From positions 1 through 25,929 of the forward strand of contig JBMSQQ010000050.1 in the NCBI GenBank assembly GCA_049423385.1: DNA of 25,929 nt, given 5' to 3'. Numbering within the stretch: the stretch's first letter is position 1; each line of letters starts with the position of its first letter. A model generated the notes under the pieces. The model was not told where the DNA came from, did not search any database, and saw only the letters and a list, made by a program, of their open reading frames with translations. This DNA is from Silvanigrellaceae bacterium (GTDB lineage: Bacteria; Bdellovibrionota_B; Oligoflexia; Silvanigrellales; Silvanigrellaceae). The translations under genes were made by a program, and so were the position numbers. Shown here piece after piece: positions 17,677 to 25,929 of this stretch.

Positions 17677-18813
17677 ATGAACAAGCAGCTTATTTTTACC
17701 TCCTTGTCGGTTGCGTTCTGGTCATTGGCCTGTGTGACTCCAGCCCATTCCGAATCCTCATTTTTTTCGGGTCGGTACAAAGTCAACTGCACCAACAGTC
17801 CCGAGGGCTGTGCCTGCACCACTTCTCCGCAATCATCCGAACCCGCCGCGATGGTGCTGCATGCTCAACCCGTGTCAGGCACCTCAAACCGCGATGCCAC
17901 TCTCGACAAACCAGCGCCCGTGGAGCTGAGCGTCAACGGCAAAACCTGTTTCTATCCATCACAGAAATTGCGGCCGATTTATTGGGACAGCGAACTCTGT
18001 CCAAATCCCGACGCAGCTGCAAGCATCCCTTTTCGCTCCATGCCCGAATTGCTGGAATCTGGCAGCAGCGAAAATGAAAAACTCTCTTTGGGTGCGCTAT
18101 TTCCAACTTTCTACAACATCGCCGATGAATCGTTTCATCCAGGCCCCAAGATTGTTCCGATTTATGAAGCTGTCAGCGGAAAGCTGATTGCCCGCGTGAG
18201 CAAGACATTTCATGAAGACCTCGACATGGAAGGCACAGGACGCCTCGTGGATGGGCGTGTTCTGAACGTTGCAAATTACGTCAACGGAATCTGGGACTAC
18301 AAAATCCTCCCATCCGACGCATTTGGAATTGGTATTCTGGGACACAACCTGCATCCCTACCGTTCAGTTGCAGTCGACTTTGCACATCTTTGTAAACAAG
18401 GCGGCTATTCCTTCTGCAATCAACCCATCGCAGAAATTAAAAAACGCCTGATTGGTGCTCTGCTCTATGTACCCCGCTTGCGTGGCATTCCACTGGGGAA
18501 TGGCAAAACCCACGATGGTTATGTTTGTGCACAGGATGTTGGCGGAGCCATTGAATTTGACCGGGTCGACATTTTTGTCGGGCCCATCGGCGGCGGAAAT
18601 CCCTACTTGAAGGATTGCAGGCAGAACAATCCCTTGATCGATGCGGGACTCCACGGGCTGGTTCCCACCGATTGGCGAACCTACGAAGCGAATGGCTTCG
18701 ATGATGCCGGAAAACCCAAATTCAGACGCACCAAAGAATTTGAATACCGCATTTATGGCGCGAAAAAAGCCCTTGAAACCTATATTGTCAAAGATTCATT
18801 CTGCAAACCCTGA
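17677..18813 (+). CDS. Secreted 3D-domain protein (MltA-like lytic transglycosylase fold)
   Basis: Signal peptide ending AHS. TFY, MEGTGRL, PYRSVAVD and AQDVGGAIEFDRVDIFVG carry the three conserved Asp residues of the 3D domain. Confidence 0.82.
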   Translation: MNKQLIFTSLSVAFWSLACVTPAHSESSFFSGRYKVNCTNSPEGCACTTSPQSSEPAAMVLHAQPVSGTSNRDATLDKPAPVELSVNGKTCFYPSQKLRPIYWDSELCPNPDAAASIPFRSMPELLESGSSENEKLSLGALFPTFYNIADESFHPGPKIVPIYEAVSGKLIARVSKTFHEDLDMEGTGRLVDGRVLNVANYVNGIWDYKILPSDAFGIGILGHNLHPYRSVAVDFAHLCKQGGYSFCNQPIAEIKKRLIGALLYVPRLRGIPLGNGKTHDGYVCAQDVGGAIEFDRVDIFVGPIGGGNPYLKDCRQNNPLIDAGLHGLVPTDWRTYEANGFDDAGKPKFRRTKEFEYRIYGAKKALETYIVKDSFCKP

Positions 18814-18834
18814 GACCAGCGAAAGACCTCAATC

Positions 18835-20502
18835 ATGACAACAAGAGCAAAACACCGCGCGCTTGTCTGCGGAACTTACATCACAGCGTTTTCAATAGCT
18901 GGAACAGGATTTGCAAAGCCACAAAGCTGTCTCAGCGAAAAAGAGCTTTCAGCGCTTCTGAAAGCGGCGGTGACAAACACGGACTTTGATCAGGTGGTCG
19001 ACCTGGGTCCCAATTTTACTGAAGACGGCTGTCCGGCAAGCGAACCAGCCTGCAAGCACGGACGCACACCTGTTGGTGCAGAGCGTTTTCCGCAGATCGA
19101 TCTCGCGGTCATTGCCTTTCAAAAAGGATGCGCAAACCCTGTTGTTGGCAGCAATGTTTTCTTCTCGCGCGATTTCCCAAAAGGCATCAGCGCGGAATTC
19201 GACAAAACCACGGGAGCCGTGGCAAACGTTCGCTTGCAGCGTTGGACGCAAGAAAGATTCGACGGTGGTCAGGTTTCCAGGAAAGCTCCCTATTTTGAGC
19301 AAACTCCTCATGCATGGAAAGCACCATTCCCACCGGAAGACCTCATCAACAGCGAAGCTTCGAGTTCTTCCGCAAATTTCATGTCGCCCTATCCGGCAAG
19401 CATCTTCAAGATTCTGGTGTTGACAAAAGTGCTGACCTACCTTGAGGAAAATGGCCCACTCGAAAAACAACTCGATCAAAAATTCACCTACGACTTTGGC
19501 ACTCCCGACACAAAAGACGACACAACCTTGAGTCTGCGTGAATATCTCGATGCCATGATCCAATGGAGCGGAAACAAAGCCACCGCTGCAATGATTCAAT
19601 TTCTGCATAAAAACGGACAGATCATTGAGTCAAAAATGCTGGACGAAGCTGGTTTCCCCTCAGCCATGCCAACTCTCAACACCTTGAACAGCCTGTATGC
19701 CGAACTCGGACTGTCTTCCCTTCAAATGAACCGAACGCGGATGAAGGATGGTCTTTGGGGAAATCGGGACACGATGTACCTGAAGAACAGTTCAAGCATC
19801 AGTCATATTTCAATGCCATCATGGGATGTGGCGCGACTGCTGTGGCTGATGCGTTCCAATTCGAGAACTGCTGCAGCTGAACTTCCTTCCTGGAAAATAT
19901 CCGAAGGACGGCCCGTCAACCCATTCAAAATTTCTGATGCCGTGAAAAAGAAGTTCTGGGACAACATGGACAACCAGCTTTTCCATGAAGTCTTGAGCAA
20001 CACCCTCCACTGCAACCAGGCGACTGGCGGCCCCTTTGGCATTCCTGCACGACTGCCAGGGAAATGGATTTCGCAGAACAAAATCAAACTTCCGGTTGGC
20101 ACATTTCCATTCACTTTTGCTCCCGATGAATTGAAAGGCGATTACAAGTTCAGCGAAAAAATTGCGGAATGCCAGAAGACTGCCGAGGTCTCATTTGCTT
20201 CAAAAACCGGCCTCACGTCGGTTTCGGGTAGCCAAGCAGGACTGGTCAAAGGTTTGTCGGAGCGCGGGTTCCGGCGAGAGTATATTGTAGTTCTGAATTC
20301 GAGCCTTGGCAGCCGATTCACTGATCCGGAAAGACTGGATGGCGAGCGCGTGATTCCGTGTTTCGACAAAACCCTTTGCTACACGAAACGAATCAACCAG
20401 CTCGGCGCAAATATCGACAATTCACTGAAGGGATGGTTGGAATCCAATGAGCGAAGCAGCACAAACACACGTCTTGCAAAGCGCAAAACAAAAGTCCAAT
20501 GA
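18835..20502 (+). CDS. Secreted serine hydrolase, class A beta-lactamase/PBP fold
   Basis: Signal peptide. YPASIFK (SxxK, Ser189), MIQWSGN (SxN, Ser245) and SKTG (Lys457). Confidence 0.8.
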   Translation: MTTRAKHRALVCGTYITAFSIAGTGFAKPQSCLSEKELSALLKAAVTNTDFDQVVDLGPNFTEDGCPASEPACKHGRTPVGAERFPQIDLAVIAFQKGCANPVVGSNVFFSRDFPKGISAEFDKTTGAVANVRLQRWTQERFDGGQVSRKAPYFEQTPHAWKAPFPPEDLINSEASSSSANFMSPYPASIFKILVLTKVLTYLEENGPLEKQLDQKFTYDFGTPDTKDDTTLSLREYLDAMIQWSGNKATAAMIQFLHKNGQIIESKMLDEAGFPSAMPTLNTLNSLYAELGLSSLQMNRTRMKDGLWGNRDTMYLKNSSSISHISMPSWDVARLLWLMRSNSRTAAAELPSWKISEGRPVNPFKISDAVKKKFWDNMDNQLFHEVLSNTLHCNQATGGPFGIPARLPGKWISQNKIKLPVGTFPFTFAPDELKGDYKFSEKIAECQKTAEVSFASKTGLTSVSGSQAGLVKGLSERGFRREYIVVLNSSLGSRFTDPERLDGERVIPCFDKTLCYTKRINQLGANIDNSLKGWLESNERSSTNTRLAKRKTKVQ

Positions 20503-22120
20503 ATTTCTCGCCATCGCCCCGCAGTTCAAGCTGGGCGATCTTCCCACGGAATCACAACACCCAAAGACAATGCAGCTTTCGGAATGGGCCCAGAACAACC
20601 TCCCGCAAGCTCTCAAAGTCATGCGGGAAGTGGATTGTGATGCACTCAGGCTGATGGTCGGCAAAGCCTCTGAAGTCCTCAAACTCGCAACTGCAATGCG
20701 CGAAACACTCGACCGCGGCGGCAGAATCTATTTTGTCGGTTGTGGCGCGACTGGAAGATTGTCCTTGAGCATTGAAGTTCTGTGGCGGGAAGCGGTGGGC
20801 AACAGCCACCCCTGGTGCGACAGGGTTCGCTCATTGATGGCAGGCGGCGACGTTGCGTTGGTGCGTTCGATTGAAAACTTCGAAGACCATCCTGAATTTG
20901 GCGCACGTATGCTCGATGAAGCTGGCTTTCAGGCTGGTGACCTGCTTGTTGCCTCGACAGAGGGCGGCGAAACTCCCTATGTGATTGGCGCGGCTTTGCG
21001 CGCTCCCGAAATTTCAGCGCAAAACCATTGGTTTCTTTTTTGTAATCCGGCTGAACTTCTCACACAAAAACTGGAACGCTGTCGGCAGGCCATCCTTCAC
21101 CCCAGGCTCAACAAAATGAATCTCACTGTGGGTCCCATGGCAATTTCGGGCAGCACCCGCATGCAGGCCAGCACAGTGCTGATGCTCGCAGGTGGAACTG
21201 CGCTGTTTGAATGCCTCAAGGAGCATCCAAGCTATGACTCAATTGAGGAGTCGATGGAGACGCTTTTGGAGCACTACGGCTCTATCGATCTTGCTCCGTT
21301 GTCGCAATTCATCATCGCTGAAAGCGAAGCCTACAAGCGCGGAGAAACACTGGTCTACGAGACAACTGATTATGGAATCACGGTGATCACCGACACCACG
21401 GAACGTTCACCAACCTTCAGTCTGGCCGCGTTCGAAAACCGCAACGACAGCAATGCCAGTGCAAGTCTTTGCTACCTTTGCATACCTTCGGTGGACTCAG
21501 CAAATGCGGCTTGGATTCATCTGCTCAAACGTGATCCCCGACCCCTCATTGGTTGGAAAAACCACGAAGAAATTGCCGGTCCTGGCAGGCTTGTCGGCTA
21601 TGATTTTTCTTCGTCGCTCCCTGCATGGCGCAAATCAAAACGACCCGGCGTCACACAAAAATCGTTCAAGGTTTTGCGCACCGGGCAGGGTATCGAGTTT
21701 TCGCTGGAAGGCTTGAATGCCTGCTTTGACCAAAAACAATTGACCCTGCTCAATGAACATTTGCTGCTCAAGATGATTCTGAATATTCATTCGACTCTCG
21801 TGATGGGTCGGTTGGGTCGCTACCAGGGCAACGTCATGACGTGTGTTCGCCCCAGCAACTTCAAGCTCATCGACAGGACCATTCGCTACGTACAGTTGCT
21901 CCTCAATCGTGAAGGAATCAGCAACTATTCCTATGCCGACATCTGTTTGCAATGCTTTGTGGAACTCGAAACCGCTGATGTGAATGAACCCATCGTTTGG
22001 AAAATATTTGAATCGCTGAAGCAGAAAAACATCATCTCGCAGGACACGGCCGGTTCAACTTCCATTCCACACGTCAAAACGAGTTACGAAACCCGTTCCT
22101 TTTCGGCATCAAGAACGTGA
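20447..22120 (+). CDS. Elongated MurQ/glucokinase-regulator-like SIS-domain protein
   Basis: LPTESQHP, GGRIYFVGCGATGRLS, MAGGDVAL, SIENFED, GGETPYVIG, GPMAISGSTRMQA, and C-terminal KMILNIHSTLVMGRLGRYQGNVM...SNFKLIDR. These are all MurQ-like blocks, but the protein is 557 aa. Confidence 0.8.
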   Translation: MSEAAQTHVLQSAKQKSNEFLAIAPQFKLGDLPTESQHPKTMQLSEWAQNNLPQALKVMREVDCDALRLMVGKASEVLKLATAMRETLDRGGRIYFVGCGATGRLSLSIEVLWREAVGNSHPWCDRVRSLMAGGDVALVRSIENFEDHPEFGARMLDEAGFQAGDLLVASTEGGETPYVIGAALRAPEISAQNHWFLFCNPAELLTQKLERCRQAILHPRLNKMNLTVGPMAISGSTRMQASTVLMLAGGTALFECLKEHPSYDSIEESMETLLEHYGSIDLAPLSQFIIAESEAYKRGETLVYETTDYGITVITDTTERSPTFSLAAFENRNDSNASASLCYLCIPSVDSANAAWIHLLKRDPRPLIGWKNHEEIAGPGRLVGYDFSSSLPAWRKSKRPGVTQKSFKVLRTGQGIEFSLEGLNACFDQKQLTLLNEHLLLKMILNIHSTLVMGRLGRYQGNVMTCVRPSNFKLIDRTIRYVQLLLNREGISNYSYADICLQCFVELETADVNEPIVWKIFESLKQKNIISQDTAGSTSIPHVKTSYETRSFSASRT

Positions 22121-24928
22121 GACTAGCTCCAGTGCAGAAAAGATGGAGTCAAACGCGACTCCATTGAGCGACAACGACACTTCGCAGGTTTTGCTCGAGC
22201 AATAGCCTTGTCTTGCGCCTTCGTCGCTCCAGACAATTTTCCCAACAGCATTTTCCGAAAGCTCGGGATGCCAAAGTCCCCGATCTCCTGCCATGCCACA
22301 ACACGCATTCTGAAGCGGAAATACCGGTTTTTCGCAAATCTTTTTTGCCAACGTCTCAAACCTGCCCATTCCTCCGGACTTCACGACAGAGCATACCGGA
22401 AAGAACCTTGTTTCGGATTTGAGCGGCGATATTGGCAAGTCTTCTGCAAGACGAAGTGCCAGGTCAACAGGATCCAGAATTTGCAGTCTGGAGAGCTTTT
22501 CTTGTGATGACTGTGAAACTTCCTTTGAATCTTCAAACATCGACAACGCACAAGGACTGTTGTCCAGCACAACAGGAATTTTTCCTCCGTCAGTTATTTC
22601 GAAGAGTCTATCGATGAGCGCAGACAACTTTGCACCCGACTGGCTGGGAAAGCCTTTGGAGCTCCAAGGCTGACCACAACACATGCCGCGCTCGTCGAGC
22701 ACATGAAGCTCAACTCCTGCCCGTCGACAACACTCAAGCAATGGGTCGCTCAAATTCTTGTCGCAGGGCCCATTCAAGGTACGCGACAAGCAGCTTCTGA
22801 AAAGCACCAGCCTTCGCGCCGTCAGGGCTTGCTCTCGCGTGAACTCTTTGAACGGAACAGGAACCTCGAAGGAAACGAAAGAATTTTGCACTTTGCCATT
22901 TTTTGAGAGCTTCGCTTTCCATTGGGGCGTTCCCAGGACATTGTTGAGTTGTCGCGAGGCAGCTTCCAAAGCAGAGGTGCCGACAATCTTTCTGGCCAGA
23001 TCTGCTGCACCCAAAGATGCGGAAATCAAATTCTCCACCAGCGGCATCGCTTCTGAGGCAAATTCCGCGACCCGGCGCGAGGAAGACGAGGAGTTTTTCT
23101 TGCGGTGCTGCTTGACCCAATTGCCCGTGTTGATACCCACGGGGCAAGCTTTTGCGCACAAACCATCGGCTGCACATGTGGCTTGAAACGCGTAATCAAG
23201 CGCTGCATCATCAACAACGGCAGCCGCTTTGTGTTCCGACAACTCTCGTTGCAGTACGATTCGGCCACGCGGAGAAAGCGTGAGTCCTTGGCTTGGACAC
23301 ACAGGCTCGCAAAAGCCACACTCGATGCAGGAGTCGACAAGTTCGTCGACAAGCGGACTCTGTTTGAGATTTTCGAGATGAACCCTGGGATTGGCATTGA
23401 TGAGCACACCCGGGTTGAAAATATTTTCAGGATCAAAAACATCCTTCAATTCACGCATCAATCCGTAGGCCTCGCCACCCCATTCCTTTTCAACAAAGGG
23501 TGCCATGTTGCGTCCGGTGCCATGTTCAGCCTTGAGGGCTCCTTCAAAGCGAATTGCAACGCATTCAACCATTTCATCAATAAATCTTTCGTACCTGCGC
23601 ACCTCCGCATCGAGCGCAAAATCCTGGGACAACACAAAGTGGAGATTTCCGTCGCGCGCATGTCCATAAATCACGGCATCGTGGTAGCGGTGTTTCTCCA
23701 GCAACCTGCGCAGCTCCAGTGTTCCCGATGCAAGCTTTGAAAGGGGAAAGGCAACATCCTCGATGATCACTGAGGTTCCGCGTGGTCGTCTTGCACCCAC
23801 CGCGGGAAAAATCCCTTTCCGCAATTCCCAGAGATTGTTTTGCTCATGTGTATCGGTCAGAAAGCCAGTTCTGTGTGAAACTTGCTTCCAGCGTGCAATA
23901 TCCTCGGCCCGCTCCAGAATTTCTTTCAGCTGCAAGCTGTCTTCTTGTTGTGCCTGAAGCAAAAGACATGCCCCCTGCCTGCTCATGTCTTGCAGGAAAC
24001 CTGGGATCCCCGGCTGTCCGCGGATGGCTTCGATCGAAGCGAAATCGAGAAGTTCAATGGCACTGAATCCCATATTGCGCAGAGCAGGCGTGAGTTCGCA
24101 CGCATCCTCCATGCGCCCGAAAGAAAGCAACGCACTGGCACGATGTGGACGCAATGGAACAGTTCGCAGTGTCATTTCCGCCATGAACCCAAGTGTGCCT
24201 TCAGAGCCGACCATCACATGCGAAAGAATCTCTGCACCAGTGCTGAAATCCAGAAAGGCCTGCAGGCCATAGCCTGTTGTATTTTTTGTCGATGCCTTGC
24301 GGCGAATCAAATTCACGACTGCAGCGGAATCGCGGACCTTGTCGCGCAGCTCCATGAGCCGACGGTAAATCTGCGGTTCCCGATTTCTGAAAATCTCTTC
24401 GCAATCGCTTTCACGCGTGTCGAGAATGGTCCCCGTTGAAAGAACAAGCTTCATGCCTTCTATCGTCCGGTAGGAATTCTCTTCGGTTCCGCAGCACATG
24501 CCACTTGCATTGTTGGCCACGATTCCACCGATGCAGGCCGCTTGAATCGACGCGGGATCGGGCCCAATCCGCCGTTCGAACTTCGTCAAAGCCGCATTCG
24601 CAACAGCACCGCGAACTGCGGGCCCACAGATTATATTTTGACCTGCCCCTGTGATTTGAAACTTGTCCCAACCTCGCGAGAGAAGCACGAGCATTCCGCG
24701 TGTCACTGCCTGTCCCGACAAGCTGGTGCCGCCGGTTCTAAAGGTCAAACCTGTGCGTTCTGTTCGTGCGTGCGAAATCAATTGCAAAATATCACCGAGA
24801 GAACCAGGTCGTGCCACACTCTGCGGAACCATCCTGTAGACACTTGCATCGTGGGCGTGCACAAGTCTGTCGGCCCAATCCTGCGAGACGAAATCCAAAC
24901 CCATTGCTGTTCCTTTATTGCAGTCCAC
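22109..24928 (-). CDS. dld: FAD- and Fe-S-binding oxidoreductase, Dld-II-type D-lactate dehydrogenase
   Basis: HDASVYR, GGTSLSGQA, IGPDPAS, NNASGMCCG, KNTTGYGL, GSEGTLGF, GHARDGNLHF, LKAEHGTGRNMAPF. Ferredoxin motifs CIECGFCEPVCP and CAADGLCAKACP, plus two CCG domains. Alternative start at 24904. Confidence 0.88.
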   Translation of the reverse strand: MDCNKGTAMGLDFVSQDWADRLVHAHDASVYRMVPQSVARPGSLGDILQLISHARTERTGLTFRTGGTSLSGQAVTRGMLVLLSRGWDKFQITGAGQNIICGPAVRGAVANAALTKFERRIGPDPASIQAACIGGIVANNASGMCCGTEENSYRTIEGMKLVLSTGTILDTRESDCEEIFRNREPQIYRRLMELRDKVRDSAAVVNLIRRKASTKNTTGYGLQAFLDFSTGAEILSHVMVGSEGTLGFMAEMTLRTVPLRPHRASALLSFGRMEDACELTPALRNMGFSAIELLDFASIEAIRGQPGIPGFLQDMSRQGACLLLQAQQEDSLQLKEILERAEDIARWKQVSHRTGFLTDTHEQNNLWELRKGIFPAVGARRPRGTSVIIEDVAFPLSKLASGTLELRRLLEKHRYHDAVIYGHARDGNLHFVLSQDFALDAEVRRYERFIDEMVECVAIRFEGALKAEHGTGRNMAPFVEKEWGGEAYGLMRELKDVFDPENIFNPGVLINANPRVHLENLKQSPLVDELVDSCIECGFCEPVCPSQGLTLSPRGRIVLQRELSEHKAAAVVDDAALDYAFQATCAADGLCAKACPVGINTGNWVKQHRKKNSSSSSRRVAEFASEAMPLVENLISASLGAADLARKIVGTSALEAASRQLNNVLGTPQWKAKLSKNGKVQNSFVSFEVPVPFKEFTREQALTARRLVLFRSCLSRTLNGPCDKNLSDPLLECCRRAGVELHVLDERGMCCGQPWSSKGFPSQSGAKLSALIDRLFEITDGGKIPVVLDNSPCALSMFEDSKEVSQSSQEKLSRLQILDPVDLALRLAEDLPISPLKSETRFFPVCSVVKSGGMGRFETLAKKICEKPVFPLQNACCGMAGDRGLWHPELSENAVGKIVWSDEGARQGYCSSKTCEVSLSLNGVAFDSIFSALELVSRS

Positions 24929-25091
24929 AAATCTTGAATCGACTTTGCCGGCACAGCAACCCCGAGCCGAGGAACATTTGATCTCGAAACGCGAAGCGGC
25001 AGGGGGGAACTTGACTCGTACTCAAATTTTATGTTACTAAAAAATTTAAATACACAAACTTTTGTGTATCACACCCCAACTGGAGGTTTCC

Positions 25092-25712
25092 ATGAACGCA
25101 ACCGTTAGAGTCCTTGCATCAGTGATAGCAACGCTTTCCGCGGCAAACGCGTTCGCGGATGTCCGTCCAGTTCCGCCGGGTCACAATCCGGGTCATCCCG
25201 GACACGGCCCAGGCCGTCCTTATCCCGGCCCGGGTCCCGGCTACCCCGATCCCAACCCAGGCTACCCGTCTCCCTATCCAGGAAACCCATACCCACGTGA
25301 TCCGCGTGGATATCCAAATCCACCCGCATTTGAATCGTTCGAATGCCGTGACATGCAAAACGGGTATGATTTCTTCACAATCACTCCTGCAGCCTACTCG
25401 CGCGGTGGTTACGTGGTTGACATCAACGCTCAAAACATCACCGCAAGCGGACTCGAAGCCTACGTGCTCAGCCGGTCCCACGATTCCATCCAGTTCCGCT
25501 TTTCAAGTCAATACGGAAACTCACACATCAACGTTGGCTATTTGAATCATCCCTATGGCCCAACAGCAGTGCTGTCTCTGGGTCGTGGCTACTATCAGGA
25601 ATTCAAGTGCCTCCGGCGATCGATTCCGAATCGTCCTTCCCCAGTTCCGCCCCGCCCCTATCCACCAAGCCCTTCCTATCCTCAAGCGCCATACCCCATT
25701 CCGCACCGCTGA
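25092..25712 (+). CDS. Secreted proline-rich hypothetical protein
   Basis: ATG 25092 after GGAGG. Signal peptide ending AFA|D. PGH/PYP-rich N- and C-terminal arms flank a small domain bounded by two Cys (FEC...FKC). Confidence 0.8.
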   Translation: MNATVRVLASVIATLSAANAFADVRPVPPGHNPGHPGHGPGRPYPGPGPGYPDPNPGYPSPYPGNPYPRDPRGYPNPPAFESFECRDMQNGYDFFTITPAAYSRGGYVVDINAQNITASGLEAYVLSRSHDSIQFRFSSQYGNSHINVGYLNHPYGPTAVLSLGRGYYQEFKCLRRSIPNRPSPVPPRPYPPSPSYPQAPYPIPHR

Positions 25713-25734
25713 AAAGCGGTGCGCGCCTTTTTTC
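25711..25734. terminator. Possible weak bidirectional terminator between convergent genes
   Basis: GAAAAGCG-gtgcg-CGCCTTTTTTC, an imperfect GC stem flanked by A and T tracts. Confidence 0.4.
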
Positions 25735-25748
25735 GGAATGATTCGCGA

Positions 25749-25928
25749 TCAACGATTTTGAGCGATTTGCAGGACTGCATCTGCAAGTCGCTCAAAATCC
25801 GAGAGGCGGTTGTAAATCTGCGCGGATGCTCGCACGTGAAGTTTCCCTTCGAAGCAGACAAATGGAATTTCAATTTTGAACTTTTCGTAAATCGAGGCGG
25901 TCAGCGACTTGGCTGCCGCAGCGTCTGC
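25749..25928 (-). CDS. Partial CDS (C-terminus), class V PLP-dependent enzyme (isopenicillin N epimerase/cysteine desulfhydrase-like)
   Basis: Not in the ORF track. My minus-strand translation is ADAAAAKSLTASIYEKFKIEIPFVCFEGKLHVRASAQIYNRLSDFERLADAVLQIAQNR*. The RxSAQIYN..D.ERLA.AV ending is typical of this fold. Confidence 0.75.
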   Translation of the reverse strand, partial: ADAAAAKSLTASIYEKFKIEIPFVCFEGKLHVRASAQIYNRLSDFERLADAVLQIAQNR

Positions 25929-25929
25929 C

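Noticed and set aside
16204..20502. AmpR/beta-lactamase resistance module
   Set aside because: The LysR is co-oriented and two genes away rather than divergent from the enzyme, and the SxxK protein is atypical in size and lacks an evident Glu166 motif. Resistance is not supportable.
25011..25040. TTGACT as a -35 element for the Pro-rich gene
   Set aside because: No good -10 hexamer at 16-18 nt spacing.
25170..25300. Repetitive CCGGGT/CCCGG units as a possible CRISPR or DNA repeat
   Set aside because: Explained by Pro-Gly codons. There is no constant repeat-spacer structure and no cas genes.

Overview
Gene-dense bacterial window (GC roughly half) with 19 complete and 2 partial CDSs. I found no rRNA, tRNA, CRISPR array or mobile element. 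The many secreted or lipoprotein hydrolases and the gene styles suggest a Bdellovibrionota/Oligoflexia-like organism (inference only). From left to right: the tail of a bluetail-like surface protein; a HAD-IIB gene coupled to a fused RluA pseudouridine synthase/SAM-methyltransferase; a metzincin lipoprotein; an exoD-DUF2721-clsB-EEP operon; a DUF3370-like secreted protein; a 750-aa lipoprotein carrying a widely split trypsin-like catalytic triad; a Tat-signal CrtU-like flavoenzyme convergent with a RoxA/MauG-like di-heme cytochrome; and the tail of a class V PLP enzyme after a Pro-rich secreted protein. The most notable region is 15264-24928. It holds a MepA-like endopeptidase divergent from LysR, GNAT, a 3D-domain protein, a beta-lactamase-fold protein and an elongated MurQ/GKRP-like protein, with a convergent Fe-S D-lactate dehydrogenase. 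Together these read as a candidate peptidoglycan-foraging and catabolism locus. All product calls come from motif recognition by eye, not database searches.
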